DNA from: Thermoanaerobaculia bacterium
GTDB taxonomy: Bacteria; Acidobacteriota; Thermoanaerobaculia; UBA5066
Reading direction: 5' to 3'
Length of the DNA stretch: 64,000 nt
Assembly (NCBI GenBank): GCA_963719225.1
Contig: CAVRAY010000001.1
Coordinates: forward strand, 3,584,001 to 3,648,000
A program made the translations under genes and the position numbers. The stretch's first letter is position 1; each line of letters starts with the position of its first letter. Of this stretch, positions 9,555 through 18,934 are shown piece after piece. The notes below the pieces were generated by a model. It did no database searches and was not told the origin of the DNA. It saw nothing but the letters and a program-made list of their open reading frames with translations.

Positions 9555-10601
9555 CTACTCGCGAGCCGGGGCGGAAGGCTTGCCGTTCCCGTTGCCGTTC
9601 CCGTTCCCCTGACCGTTTCCGTTCGCGGCGGCCGCGTCGTCGGCCTTCTGCTTCTCGAAGATCTCGTAGGCGTTCACGACCGACTGCACGATGCGGTGGC
9701 GCACGACGTCGCGGTGGTCGAAGCGTACGAACTTCACGCCGTCGACACCCGTGAGAACGCGGTCGGCCTCCTTGAGGCCCGAGATCTTCCCCTGCGGGAG
9801 GTCGATCTGCGTCACGTCGCCCGTGACGACGGCCTTGCTCCCGAACCCCATGCGCGTGAGGAACATCTTCATCTGCTCGGAGGTGGTGTTCTGCGCCTCG
9901 TCCAGGATGACGAACGCGTCGTTGAGCGTGCGGCCGCGCATGAAGGCGAGCGGCGCGACCTCGATGATGTTGCGCTCGAGCATGCGCCCGACCTTGTCGT
10001 ATCCCAGGATGTCGTAGAGCGCGTCATGAAGGGGTCGGAGATAAGGGTTCACCTTCTCGGCCAGGTCTCCCGGCAGGAAGCCCAGCTTCTCGCCCGCCTC
10101 GACGGCCGGCCGGCAGAGCACGATGCGCTTCACCTTCTTCTCGATCAGGGCAGCCGCGGCCATGGCGACGGCGAGATAGGTCTTGCCGGTGCCTGCCGGC
10201 CCGATCGCGAACACGATGTCGTGCTCGAGAATGGCCTGCAGGTACTCCTGCTGACGCACGTTCCGCGGGGAGACGACCTGCCGGAGGGCCGGTCCGACGG
10301 AGCGGTTCTCGAAGAAATCGACGAGAGACGTCGATGGCTCTTCCTTCAGGATGCGGATCGCCGCCTCGAGGTCCGGTTTCTTCGGCGTGTACCCGCGCTC
10401 GATGAGCTTCGAGAAGTCCGAAAGGAGCCGCGTCGCGAGCGCCGTGCTCTCCGGGTCGCCCGAGACGGAGACCTCGCGCCCGCGCGCGGCGATCTCGACG
10501 CCGAAAGCGTCCTCGAGGAGCCGAAGGTTTTCGTCGTGAACACCGAAGAGCGCGCCGAGCCCCGCCTCGGGGAGGGTGAGCGGTATGGAGTCGGGTCGGA
10601 T
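9555..10601 (-). CDS. phoH: PhoH-family ATPase (start uncertain; the nearest canonical start is 10712)
   Basis: [33 protein letters not shown]; phoH-ybeY-corC-era synteny. Confidence 0.92.
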   Translation of the reverse strand: MRPDSIPLTLPEAGLGALFGVHDENLRLLEDAFGVEIAARGREVSVSGDPESTALATRLLSDFSKLIERGYTPKKPDLEAAIRILKEEPSTSLVDFFENRSVGPALRQVVSPRNVRQQEYLQAILEHDIVFAIGPAGTGKTYLAVAMAAAALIEKKVKRIVLCRPAVEAGEKLGFLPGDLAEKVNPYLRPLHDALYDILGYDKVGRMLERNIIEVAPLAFMRGRTLNDAFVILDEAQNTTSEQMKMFLTRMGFGSKAVVTGDVTQIDLPQGKISGLKEADRVLTGVDGVKFVRFDHRDVVRHRIVQSVVNAYEIFEKQKADDAAAANGNGQGNGNGNGNGKPSAPARE

Positions 10602-10624
10602 GTGAGTGCGCGCCTCCAGAAGGC

Positions 10625-10654
10625 ATCTTAGCAGTCGCGTTCTCGGAGGGTCAA
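10625..10654 (-). promoter_or_regulatory. Putative sigma70 promoter for the phoH operon
   Basis: TTGACC (10654-10649), 18-nt spacer, TAAGAT (10630-10625) on the minus strand. Confidence 0.5.
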
Positions 10655-10735
10655 TGGCCGGTGGCGTAGACCGCGGAGTTGCCTCTACAATCGCCCGGCC
10701 AGCGCACGACAACCATCACGAGGAGGATGTTCACC

Positions 10736-11326
10736 ATGTATACGATGACCCGCCGCTACGCCCTGCTGTCACTCGCCTCCCTCTTCGCGCTCGCCGTCAG
10801 CATTCCCGCCGCCGCCAGCTCCAAGAAGTTCACGGAGTCGGACGATGCGAAGCAGAACGACGAGCCCCAGGAGTACTTGAAGAACTACGACAAGCTGACG
10901 AAGGGGAAGGAGGCCGACTGGGTCTACTTCGCCGAAGGCGTCGACCTCAAGTCATTCAAGACCGTCTCGCTGAAGACATGGGGCACCACGAACAAGCACT
11001 CGCGCAGCAAGCACGCGGCCGAGTCGGGCCCCGAGTACCTGGAGCAGTGGATCAAGAGGTCCAAGAAGCTCGGCTGGACGGTCGTGAAGGACGGCGGCGA
11101 CCTGCGGATCGAGGGGAATGTCTTCAATGCCTGGGAGCCGAGCGGCGCCGCTCGCGTGTGGGGCGGCTGGGCGGCGAATCCCGGCGTGGGGATGGAGCTC
11201 GTCGCCAAGGACAAGTCGGGCAAGACGATCTTCGAGATCCGCCACAAGGCGAAGGGCTCCACGATGGAGGATGCCGTCGAGAACGGCCTCGAGAACATCG
11301 TCAAGACGCTCGAAGTCGGGAAGTAG
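10736..11326 (+). CDS. Secreted hypothetical protein (DUF3313/DUF4410-like)
   Basis: AGGAGG RBS, signal peptide ending in AAA, strong codon bias; family call from general resemblance only. Confidence 0.65.
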   Translation: MYTMTRRYALLSLASLFALAVSIPAAASSKKFTESDDAKQNDEPQEYLKNYDKLTKGKEADWVYFAEGVDLKSFKTVSLKTWGTTNKHSRSKHAAESGPEYLEQWIKRSKKLGWTVVKDGGDLRIEGNVFNAWEPSGAARVWGGWAANPGVGMELVAKDKSGKTIFEIRHKAKGSTMEDAVENGLENIVKTLEVGK

Positions 11327-11390
11327 CGCAGCCGGCGTTTTGAGATTTCGTCGCAGGGCGATATAGGATCTCGCCATAGGAGGAGATCCC

Positions 11391-11957
11391 ATGAAAACCG
11401 CGTGCCGCCTGCTCACCCTCGCCGCGCTCGCCGCGGCGCCCCTGTTCGCCGAAGACAAGCCCATGGGCCCCCCGAAGCCCGCGCCCGAGATGTCGCAGCT
11501 TTCCTACATGGTCGGCACCTGGAACTGCGCCGGGAAGGCCTTCGCCTCCCCGTTCGGCCCCGAACATGCGAGCAAAGGTGTCGCCCACGCCCAGATGGCG
11601 TTGGGCGGATTCCGGCTCGTGATCCACTACGACGAGACGAAGACGGCCGCGAACCCGATGCCCTTCCACGTCCTGCAGGTCGTCGGCTGGGACCACGCCC
11701 AAAAGGCGTTCGACTCGCACTGCTTCGACTCCTTCGGCGGGGCGTGCACGCAGACCACGTCCGGCTGGAAGGGAGACGCACTCGTCTTCGAAGGCACCGG
11801 TCTCATGGGGGGGCAGAAGATGGGCGCGCGCGACACGTTCACGAAGGTGAGCGCGACCGAGATGAAGCACAAGGGCGAGATGCAGGGCGCGGACGGCACG
11901 TGGATGACGGGCGACGAAGAGACCTGCCGCAAGGCCGCCAAGACACCCGCGAAGTGA
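11391..11957 (+). CDS. Secreted DUF1579-like protein
   Basis: AGGAG RBS, signal peptide, 'P..EMSQLSYMVGTW', 'GWD...FDSFG' pattern. Confidence 0.7.
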   Translation: MKTACRLLTLAALAAAPLFAEDKPMGPPKPAPEMSQLSYMVGTWNCAGKAFASPFGPEHASKGVAHAQMALGGFRLVIHYDETKTAANPMPFHVLQVVGWDHAQKAFDSHCFDSFGGACTQTTSGWKGDALVFEGTGLMGGQKMGARDTFTKVSATEMKHKGEMQGADGTWMTGDEETCRKAAKTPAK

Positions 11958-11961
11958 TCGT

Positions 11962-12657
11962 CTAGGCCGCTTCGCTCGCCGAATCCTTCAGGATCCGCCC
12001 GTCGTGCACCTCGATGACGCGGCTCGCCCTTCGCGCGAGGCTCATGTCGTGCGTGATGACGATGACCGTGCCCCCGGCGCTCCACAGCTCCGTGAAGAGA
12101 CCCATGATGTCGCCGCCCGAGGCCGAGTCGAGGTTCCCCGTGGGCTCGTCGGCGAGGAGCATGTCGGGGGTCATCGCGAGAGCCCGCGCGACCGCGACGC
12201 GCTGCATCTGACCGCCCGAGAGCTCCGTGGGCTTGTGATCGAGCCGGTCCCCGAGGCCGACCTTCGCGAGCAGCTCCGCCGCCCGCGCGCGGCGCGCCTT
12301 CGGGGGGACGCCGCCGAAGAGCATCGGCATCTCGACGTTCTCCTGGGCGGAGATCTGCGGGAGGAGATTGAAGTTCTGGAACACGAACCCCACGCGGCGG
12401 TTCCTCACGTCGGCGAGCGCATCGCGCGAGAGCCCCGCCACCTTCTCGCCGCCGAGCTCGTAGGAGCCGCTCGTGGGCGTGTCGAGGCAGCCCAGGAGGT
12501 TCATGAGCGTCGACTTGCCGGATCCCGACGGACCCACGATCGCGACGAACTCGCCTTTCTTCACCGTGAAGCTCACGCCCTTCAGGGCCTCGACCTTCAC
12601 TTTCCCGGTGTCGTAGACCTTGCGAATCCCGTCCATCACGATGATGTCGTCCGCCAT
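11962..12657 (-). CDS. ABC transporter ATP-binding protein (MacB/LolD type)
   Basis: GPSGSGKST, LSGGQMQRV, LLADEPTGNLD; start re-called at ATG 12657 with RBS. Confidence 0.92.
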   Translation of the reverse strand: MADDIIVMDGIRKVYDTGKVKVEALKGVSFTVKKGEFVAIVGPSGSGKSTLMNLLGCLDTPTSGSYELGGEKVAGLSRDALADVRNRRVGFVFQNFNLLPQISAQENVEMPMLFGGVPPKARRARAAELLAKVGLGDRLDHKPTELSGGQMQRVAVARALAMTPDMLLADEPTGNLDSASGGDIMGLFTELWSAGGTVIVITHDMSLARRASRVIEVHDGRILKDSASEAA

Positions 12658-12674
12658 GCCGTCTCCTTTTCTTT

Positions 12675-13937
12675 TCACTCGTAACGCAGCGTGGCCGCGG
12701 GGTCGATCGCGGCGGCGCGCCGCGCGGGGAAATAGCCGGCGAGAAGGCCGATCGCGCCGAGGATCGCCGCCGTCCCGACCGCGATGAGCGGCGACAGGGT
12801 GGGCCGCCCGAGGAACGCGAGCACGCGATTCGAACCGTCCGGGATGAGGCCGAGGCCGGTCACGATGAGAACGGCGATGACGAGGCCCGCCGCGCCCCCG
12901 ACGAGCGTGTAGACGAGCCCCTCGAGGACGAAGGGCCACGTGATCCACCGCGCCTTCGCCCCGAGCGCCATCTTCACGCCGATCTCGCGCGTGCGCTCCT
13001 TGACCACGGCGTACATGATGTTCGCGACGCCGATCCCGCCCACGAAGAGGGTCAGGACGCCGATGATCCCGAGGAAGATCTCGATGCCCAGAGAGACCCG
13101 CTGCCCGTTTCGCGACGTCTTGACGATGTTCCAGGTCGCGAGCGCCCGCTCGTCCGCCGGGTCGTAGCCGTACTTCGCGCCGAGGATCTCGTTCAGGCGC
13201 TTGAGCGCGCCCGCCATGTCGTCCGGCGTCCGCGACTGGATGAGGAGCACGTTGAGCCGGTCCCGGCCGAAGATCGCCTTGAACGTCGTCCATGGAATGA
13301 CGGCGTGGCTCTGGTCCGGCCCGCCGTAGACGCCCATCTGGGTCTTGTGCTGCATCACGCCGATGACGGTGAACGGCGAGCTGTTCACGAGGAGCGTCTT
13401 CCCGACGGGATCCTCCTTGCCGAAGATGTCCTTCGCCATCTCGTCGCCGAGGAAGAGGACCCGGCGCTTCTCGGCCTCGTCGGCCTCGGTGAAGAAGCGC
13501 CCGCCCGCCTGCGGATAGTGCTTGCGCGTCTCGCCGTAGATCGTGTTCGTGCCGAGGACGCGGCCGTTCACGGTCTTGCGCCCGTACGTGATGGCGGTGC
13601 GCCACGACACGCTCTCGCCGATGACGGCCGGGAGCTCCGGCATCCGGTCTGCCACGAACGACACGTCGTCCATCGTGAGGCGAATCGGGCGGCCCGGGGG
13701 CATTCCCTTCCAGGGCTTCGACGTCTCGTTCGGCCACATGACGGCGAGGTTCTCCCCCGTGGATCTCCGGTTCCGGTCCATCTGCCTCTTCAGCCCCTCG
13801 CCGAACGACAGCAGGAGGAGGATCGCGACCGTGCCCCACGCGATCGCCGCGATCGTAAGGGTCGCGCGCTTCTTCGCGAGCCGGGACGACTGCGTGAAGA
13901 GCGTCAGGACGACCGGAAGGGTCCGGCCGCCCCTCAC
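12675..13937 (-). CDS. ABC transporter permease (MacB/FtsX family)
   Basis: 'GGIGVANIM...KERTREIGVKMALGA', 'IDPAATLRYE'; GTGA overlap start. Confidence 0.9.
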   Translation of the reverse strand: MRGGRTLPVVLTLFTQSSRLAKKRATLTIAAIAWGTVAILLLLSFGEGLKRQMDRNRRSTGENLAVMWPNETSKPWKGMPPGRPIRLTMDDVSFVADRMPELPAVIGESVSWRTAITYGRKTVNGRVLGTNTIYGETRKHYPQAGGRFFTEADEAEKRRVLFLGDEMAKDIFGKEDPVGKTLLVNSSPFTVIGVMQHKTQMGVYGGPDQSHAVIPWTTFKAIFGRDRLNVLLIQSRTPDDMAGALKRLNEILGAKYGYDPADERALATWNIVKTSRNGQRVSLGIEIFLGIIGVLTLFVGGIGVANIMYAVVKERTREIGVKMALGAKARWITWPFVLEGLVYTLVGGAAGLVIAVLIVTGLGLIPDGSNRVLAFLGRPTLSPLIAVGTAAILGAIGLLAGYFPARRAAAIDPAATLRYE

Positions 13938-15166
13938 AGCTTCATCGCCACGACCGGATCCAGCCGTGACGCCTCGCGCGCCGGGAACCATCCGGCGAGC
14001 AGGCCGATGAGCCCCAGGATCCCGATCGTGATCGCCGCGACGAGCGGCGACACCTCGGGGATCCCGACGGATTCGGTGAAGCCGAGCTTCGGGAAGGCCG
14101 CGCAGATGCCGAACGAGATCGCGAACCCGACGAGGCCTCCCACCGCGGTGACGAGCAGCGTCTCGAGGAGGAACTGGGTGAGGATGAAGCGCTGCCTCGC
14201 CCCGAGCGCCATCTTGATCCCGATCTCCTTCGTTCGCTCCTCGACGACGACGTTCATGATGTTCGAGACGCCGATACCGCCCACGACGAGCGTGAGGGAG
14301 CCGACGATGCCGAGAAAGCCGGTGAACGCGAGCATGAACGTGTCGAAGAACTTGAACTGTCCCGTCGTGTCCCAGACCGAGAGCGCTTCCTTGTCCTTCG
14401 GGTCGAACTTCTTGCGCTTGCCGAGGATTTCCAGGATGCGGGCCGTGAGGGGCTCCGTGTCGAACGTCGACTTCGCCTGGTAGATGACGTTGTTGACGTA
14501 CTTCTCGCCCGTGAGGGCCCTGTACGTCGTGCCCGGGATCGACGCCTTGTCGTTGTCGCGCCCGCTGTAGCTCGAGTCCTGCGTCTTGGTCTTGAGGACG
14601 CCGATGACGAGGAACGGAGAGTTTCCGAGCATGACGGTCTTCCCGAGCGGGTTTTCCTTGCCGAAGACGTTCTCGGCGAGCTTGTCGCCGAGGAAGAGGA
14701 CGCGCCGTTGCTCCTGCATGTCCGTCGGGTCGATGAAGCGGCCGCCTTCCTGCGGGATGAGGTTGCGCATGCGGCCGAACTCGGGCGACACGCCGGAGAC
14801 GTCCACGGGCCACGTCTTGAGGTCGAGGTGAAGCTTCATCGAGGTGTCGTACTCGCTCGAGACGCCGCCGAGCCCCTCAGCCTCGCGGCGGATCGCCTCG
14901 ATGTCCTCCTCCATGAGACGGATCTTCCGGCCCTTGCCGAGCCCCTGATAGGGGATGGAGGTGAGGCCGGGCCAGGCGATGCAGATGCGGTCTCCGAGGC
15001 CGGCCGTGTTCTTGATCATCTGCTTCTTGAGGCCGGTGCCGAAGGCCAGGAGCAGCGTCACGGCGACGGTTCCCCACACGATCCCGAACACGGTCAGGAA
15101 CGTCCGCAGCTTCTGGCTGCGCACGTCGCGGATCAGCTGGCGGAAGACTTCCTTGAGGGTCGTCAC
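13934..15166 (-). CDS. ABC transporter permease (MacB/FtsX family)
   Basis: 'GGIGVSNIM...EERTKEIGIKMALGA'; paralog of the downstream permease. Confidence 0.9.
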   Translation of the reverse strand: MTTLKEVFRQLIRDVRSQKLRTFLTVFGIVWGTVAVTLLLAFGTGLKKQMIKNTAGLGDRICIAWPGLTSIPYQGLGKGRKIRLMEEDIEAIRREAEGLGGVSSEYDTSMKLHLDLKTWPVDVSGVSPEFGRMRNLIPQEGGRFIDPTDMQEQRRVLFLGDKLAENVFGKENPLGKTVMLGNSPFLVIGVLKTKTQDSSYSGRDNDKASIPGTTYRALTGEKYVNNVIYQAKSTFDTEPLTARILEILGKRKKFDPKDKEALSVWDTTGQFKFFDTFMLAFTGFLGIVGSLTLVVGGIGVSNIMNVVVEERTKEIGIKMALGARQRFILTQFLLETLLVTAVGGLVGFAISFGICAAFPKLGFTESVGIPEVSPLVAAITIGILGLIGLLAGWFPAREASRLDPVVAMKL

Positions 15167-15170
15167 GTGT

Positions 15171-16292
15171 CTAGGAGATTTCCTTGGGCGGTCTCTGAAC
15201 GACCCTGTCGCCCTTCTTCAAGCCGCTCACGACCTCCACGTTCATGCCATCCGAGATCCCGAGCTTCACCTCGATCTTCTTCGGCTCGACCTTGGTGCCT
15301 TTCGCCTTTTCGTCCGGGATCTCGACGAAGGTCTTCTTGCCGCCGTCCTCGAAGACGACGAGGCGCTCGGGAACCGTGAGGATGTCCTTCTTCTCGCGGA
15401 TGATGAGGTCCGCGTTCGCGGAGTACCCGGCGCGGAGCGTGGGGCCGCCGTCCTTGCGCACGAGCTCGATCTCCACGTCGAAGAGCGTCGCGCCCTCCTT
15501 TTGCTGCGCCTGAGGCGCGATGCGGGAGACCTTGCCCGTCACGACGTCCGTGGGAAGCGCACCGACCTTGATCCTCGCCGGGAGGTCGACGCGGAGCTTG
15601 CCGACGTCGATCTCGTCCACGGTGCCCTTGAAGATGAGGTCTCCCATGTCGGCGACCGTCGCCATCTCGGTCCCGGGCTGGTAGGACGTGAGCGGCACGA
15701 CCGGGTCGCCGGGATTCACGGCGCGGGTCAGGATCGTCCCGGCGGCCGGTGCCCGGATGATCGACTCGAAGCCGGTCGTCTCGGTCTTCGCGAGCCGCCC
15801 TTTCCTCGTCAGGTCTCGGCCCTGCTCCGCCTTGTTGAGGGCGACCTTCGCGAGTTCGAAGCTCTCGCGCTTCTGGTCGACGTCGGATTTCGGGAGGATG
15901 CCCTGCCGGGACATCTCCTCGGACCGGGCGAAGTCGAGCTGCGCGCGCTGGAACGTCGCTCGAGCCGAATCGACGGCGCGGTCCACCTCGGAGAGCTCGA
16001 GGGGCGTGGGGTCGGGCGCGATCTCGAACAGGGGGTCCCCGGCCTTCACCCGGTCGCCGACCTCGACCCGGCAGACCTTCACGATGCCTGAAATCTTGGA
16101 TTTGACCGAGAACTTCTGGCGAGGCTGGATCTGGCCGACCGCGACTGCTTTTTCCGTGATCGAGCCGAGCTGGGCGTCGACGAGCTTCATGCCGCCGTCG
16201 GCCTTCTTCCCGCCGCGGGTGAAGGCGTAAACGCCCGTGGCGGCTCCGGCGAGGACGACGAGAGCGAGAAGGGTTTTCAACAGCTTGCCCAT
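15171..16292 (-). CDS. Efflux periplasmic adaptor subunit (MacA/HlyD family)
   Basis: N-terminal TM anchor, 'VKSKISG', 'IRAPAAGTI', 'VDEIDVG', 'SGLKKGDRVV'. Confidence 0.9.
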   Translation of the reverse strand: MGKLLKTLLALVVLAGAATGVYAFTRGGKKADGGMKLVDAQLGSITEKAVAVGQIQPRQKFSVKSKISGIVKVCRVEVGDRVKAGDPLFEIAPDPTPLELSEVDRAVDSARATFQRAQLDFARSEEMSRQGILPKSDVDQKRESFELAKVALNKAEQGRDLTRKGRLAKTETTGFESIIRAPAAGTILTRAVNPGDPVVPLTSYQPGTEMATVADMGDLIFKGTVDEIDVGKLRVDLPARIKVGALPTDVVTGKVSRIAPQAQQKEGATLFDVEIELVRKDGGPTLRAGYSANADLIIREKKDILTVPERLVVFEDGGKKTFVEIPDEKAKGTKVEPKKIEVKLGISDGMNVEVVSGLKKGDRVVQRPPKEIS

Positions 16293-16426
16293 ATCCGAAG
16301 CCTCCCGGGCGGAGCCCGATTTCCATAGGAATACGCCACTCGGCCGGGAAGGTTCCTCGCCTGAGAACGTGCCCAGAACATGAAAGGGGTTTTCCACGTA
16401 ATGTGGCCATGAGGAGGCCTCTTTTC

Positions 16427-18400
16427 ATGTCAAGGATTCGACTTTCGACGTTCGCGCGGGCGTCATTCGTCCTCGCGTTCGTCCTTCCCGTCTTCCCCCT
16501 TCCGGCGGAGCTTCCGCCCCTCATCTCCCGCGACGTCCTGTTCGGAAACCCCGAGCGGGCGAACCCGAAGCTCTCGCCCGACGGCCAGCGCCTCGCGTGG
16601 ATCGCGCCCGACAAGAAGAACGTCCTGCAGGTCTGGGTCAAGACCGTCGGCAAGGACGACGACAAGATGGTTACGGCCGACAAGAAGCGCGGCATCCGCC
16701 AGTTCTTCTGGGCCGAGAACAGCAAGATGCTGCTCTACCAGCAGGACAACGACGGGGACGAGAACTTCCACGTCTTCGGCGTCGATCTCGCTTCGGGCAA
16801 CGTGCGCGATTTCACGCCGTTCCAGGGCGTTCGAGCAGGCGTCGCGGACCTCAACCGCGACTTTCCCGACGAGGTTCTCGTCGAGGCGAACATCCGCGAC
16901 CGCCACTTCATGGACGTGCACCGGCTGAACCTGAAGACCGGCGCCCTGACGCTCGACACCGAGAACCCCGGCGACGTCGCGGGCTGGGGAGCGGACGCGA
17001 AGTTCCAGGTGCGCGCCGCGCAAATTCAGACGCCGGACGGTGGCACCGAGATTCGCCTCCGCGAGGACGTCAAGGCGCCGTGGAAGACGCTCCTCAAGGT
17101 CGGGCCCGATGAGCTCCTCGACTTCGAGGACTTTTCGCTCGACGGCAAGTCGGTAATCCTCAAGATCTCCATCGGCAGCGACACGGCGCGTCTCGTCGAG
17201 CGCAATCTCGCAACGGGCGCCGAAAAGGTGCTGGCCGTCTCGTCCGACGTGGACGCGGGCCCCGTCGTGATTCATCCGAAGACGCACGTCGTGCAGGCGG
17301 TCTCCTTCGCCCCGGGACGGGCCTCGTGGAAGGTGCTCGACCCCTCCGTTCAGGCGGACTTCGACGGCATCCCGAAGCTTCATGCCGGCGACTTCGCGCT
17401 CGTCAACCGCACCACCGCCGACGACGCCTGGCTCGTCGCCTTCACGTCGGACCGCGGGCCCGTGACCTGGTACAAGTGGGATCGCGCGACGAAGAAGGGA
17501 ACTCTTCTCTTCTCCGCACAGCCGAAGCTCGAGGGCCTCGCCCTCGCCGAGATGAAGCCGGTGGTCATCAGGTCTCGCGACGGGCTGAACCTGAATTCGT
17601 ATCTGACGCTGCCCGCGGGGGTGCCTGCGAAGAACCTGCCCATGGTCCTCTTCGTCCATGGCGGGCCGTGGGGGCGCGATGCCTGGGGTTACGACCCTTA
17701 CGCGCAGTGGCTCGCGAACCGCGGCTACGCCGTCCTCCAGACGAACTTCCGCGCCTCCACGGGCTACGGCAAGAAGTTCCTGAACGCGGGCAACCGCCAG
17801 TGGGGCCTGAAGATGCACGACGATCTCCTGGATACCGTGGACTGGGCGGTCAAGCAGGGTATCGCCGATCCGAAGAAGGTCGCCATCATCGGAGGCTCCT
17901 ACGGCGGATATGCGGCCCTCGCGGGCGTCACGTTCACTCCCGAGAAGTTCGCGTGCTCGGTCGACATCGTCGGGCCGTCGAACATCAAGACGCTCATCGC
18001 CGCCATTCCTCCCTACTGGAAGCCGATTCGCGCCATGTTCGACGTCCGCATGGGAAACGTCGACGACCCGAAGGACGCGGAGCTCATCAAGAACGCCTCG
18101 CCGCTCTTCAAGGCCGACAAGATCGTCCGGCCGCTCCTGATCGGACAGGGCGCGAACGACCCGCGCGTGAACGTCAAGGAATCCGAGCAGATCGTCGACG
18201 CGATCGAGAAGAACAAGGGCAACGTGACGTACGTCGTCTACTCGGACGAGGGGCACGGCTTCGCGCGCCCGGAGAACCGCATCGACTTCAACGCCCGTGC
18301 CGAGAAGTTCCTCGCCGGCTGCCTCGGCGGCCGCGTCGAGCCCATGCAGGGAGACAGGATTCCCGGCTCGACGGCGGTCGTGAAGGTCGTCGGAAAGTAA
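16427..18400 (+). CDS. S9 family (prolyl oligopeptidase/dipeptidyl aminopeptidase) peptidase
   Basis: Signal peptide, VHGGPW, GGSYGG nucleophile, NDPRV, DEGHG; GAGGAGG RBS before ATG 16427. Confidence 0.93.
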   Translation: MSRIRLSTFARASFVLAFVLPVFPLPAELPPLISRDVLFGNPERANPKLSPDGQRLAWIAPDKKNVLQVWVKTVGKDDDKMVTADKKRGIRQFFWAENSKMLLYQQDNDGDENFHVFGVDLASGNVRDFTPFQGVRAGVADLNRDFPDEVLVEANIRDRHFMDVHRLNLKTGALTLDTENPGDVAGWGADAKFQVRAAQIQTPDGGTEIRLREDVKAPWKTLLKVGPDELLDFEDFSLDGKSVILKISIGSDTARLVERNLATGAEKVLAVSSDVDAGPVVIHPKTHVVQAVSFAPGRASWKVLDPSVQADFDGIPKLHAGDFALVNRTTADDAWLVAFTSDRGPVTWYKWDRATKKGTLLFSAQPKLEGLALAEMKPVVIRSRDGLNLNSYLTLPAGVPAKNLPMVLFVHGGPWGRDAWGYDPYAQWLANRGYAVLQTNFRASTGYGKKFLNAGNRQWGLKMHDDLLDTVDWAVKQGIADPKKVAIIGGSYGGYAALAGVTFTPEKFACSVDIVGPSNIKTLIAAIPPYWKPIRAMFDVRMGNVDDPKDAELIKNASPLFKADKIVRPLLIGQGANDPRVNVKESEQIVDAIEKNKGNVTYVVYSDEGHGFARPENRIDFNARAEKFLAGCLGGRVEPMQGDRIPGSTAVVKVVGK

Positions 18401-18406
18401 GCCAGG

Positions 18407-18433
18407 AGGCCCCCGGGCGACCGGGGGCCTTTC
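18407..18433 (+). terminator. Putative intrinsic terminator
   Basis: AGGCCCCCGG-gcga-CCGGGGGCCT hairpin with a short T run, between convergent genes. Confidence 0.65.
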
Positions 18434-18436
18434 CCG

Positions 18437-18934
18437 TCAGTTCGTGATCGGGGACGCGGCGGAGCCGACCGCGCCGTCCTGCGTGTACGAAACCTGCAGG
18501 CACGCGCTGCCGGACGTCGGGTGCTGATAGAGGTACACGTAGTCGAACCCGCCGCCGTCCCGGAGCTTCAGCTCGGCCGGGCGGAAGGAGCCGGACCGGA
18601 ACGCGCGCACGAACCCGGTGTCGTACGGGGGCGTCTGGGAGCACCCGCCGCGGAACTCGCGGACGTTCTCCGTCGGCGCCAGGACGCGCAGCTTCAGGCC
18701 CTGCACGATCCGGGTCGTCTCGTCGGCCGTGAGGGGAAAGGTGCAGGCCCCCGCGCGCAACGTACCGAACATGTGGCATTTCACGCTCGCAAGGGCGACA
18801 TCCTGGCGGGCCATGAGGCTCTTCACGTCGCGCGCGAGGTCTCCGCGCGCCCACAGGTTCCACGCGGCGCGGCATCCGGTCGCGAGCACGACGGCGACGA
18901 GGAGAGCCAGCGGCCTCAGGCGCCGGGATGCCAT
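18437..18934 (-). CDS. Hypothetical lipoprotein
   Basis: Lipobox-like LATGC after a hydrophobic signal; four further Cys residues. Confidence 0.6.
   Translation of the reverse strand: MASRRLRPLALLVAVVLATGCRAAWNLWARGDLARDVKSLMARQDVALASVKCHMFGTLRAGACTFPLTADETTRIVQGLKLRVLAPTENVREFRGGCSQTPPYDTGFVRAFRSGSFRPAELKLRDGGGFDYVYLYQHPTSGSACLQVSYTQDGAVGSAASPITN

Noticed and set aside
9580-9625. CCGTT(C/G) hexamer tandem repeat
   Set aside because: Encodes the Gly-Asn low-complexity tail of PhoH; in frame, with no sign of phase variation.
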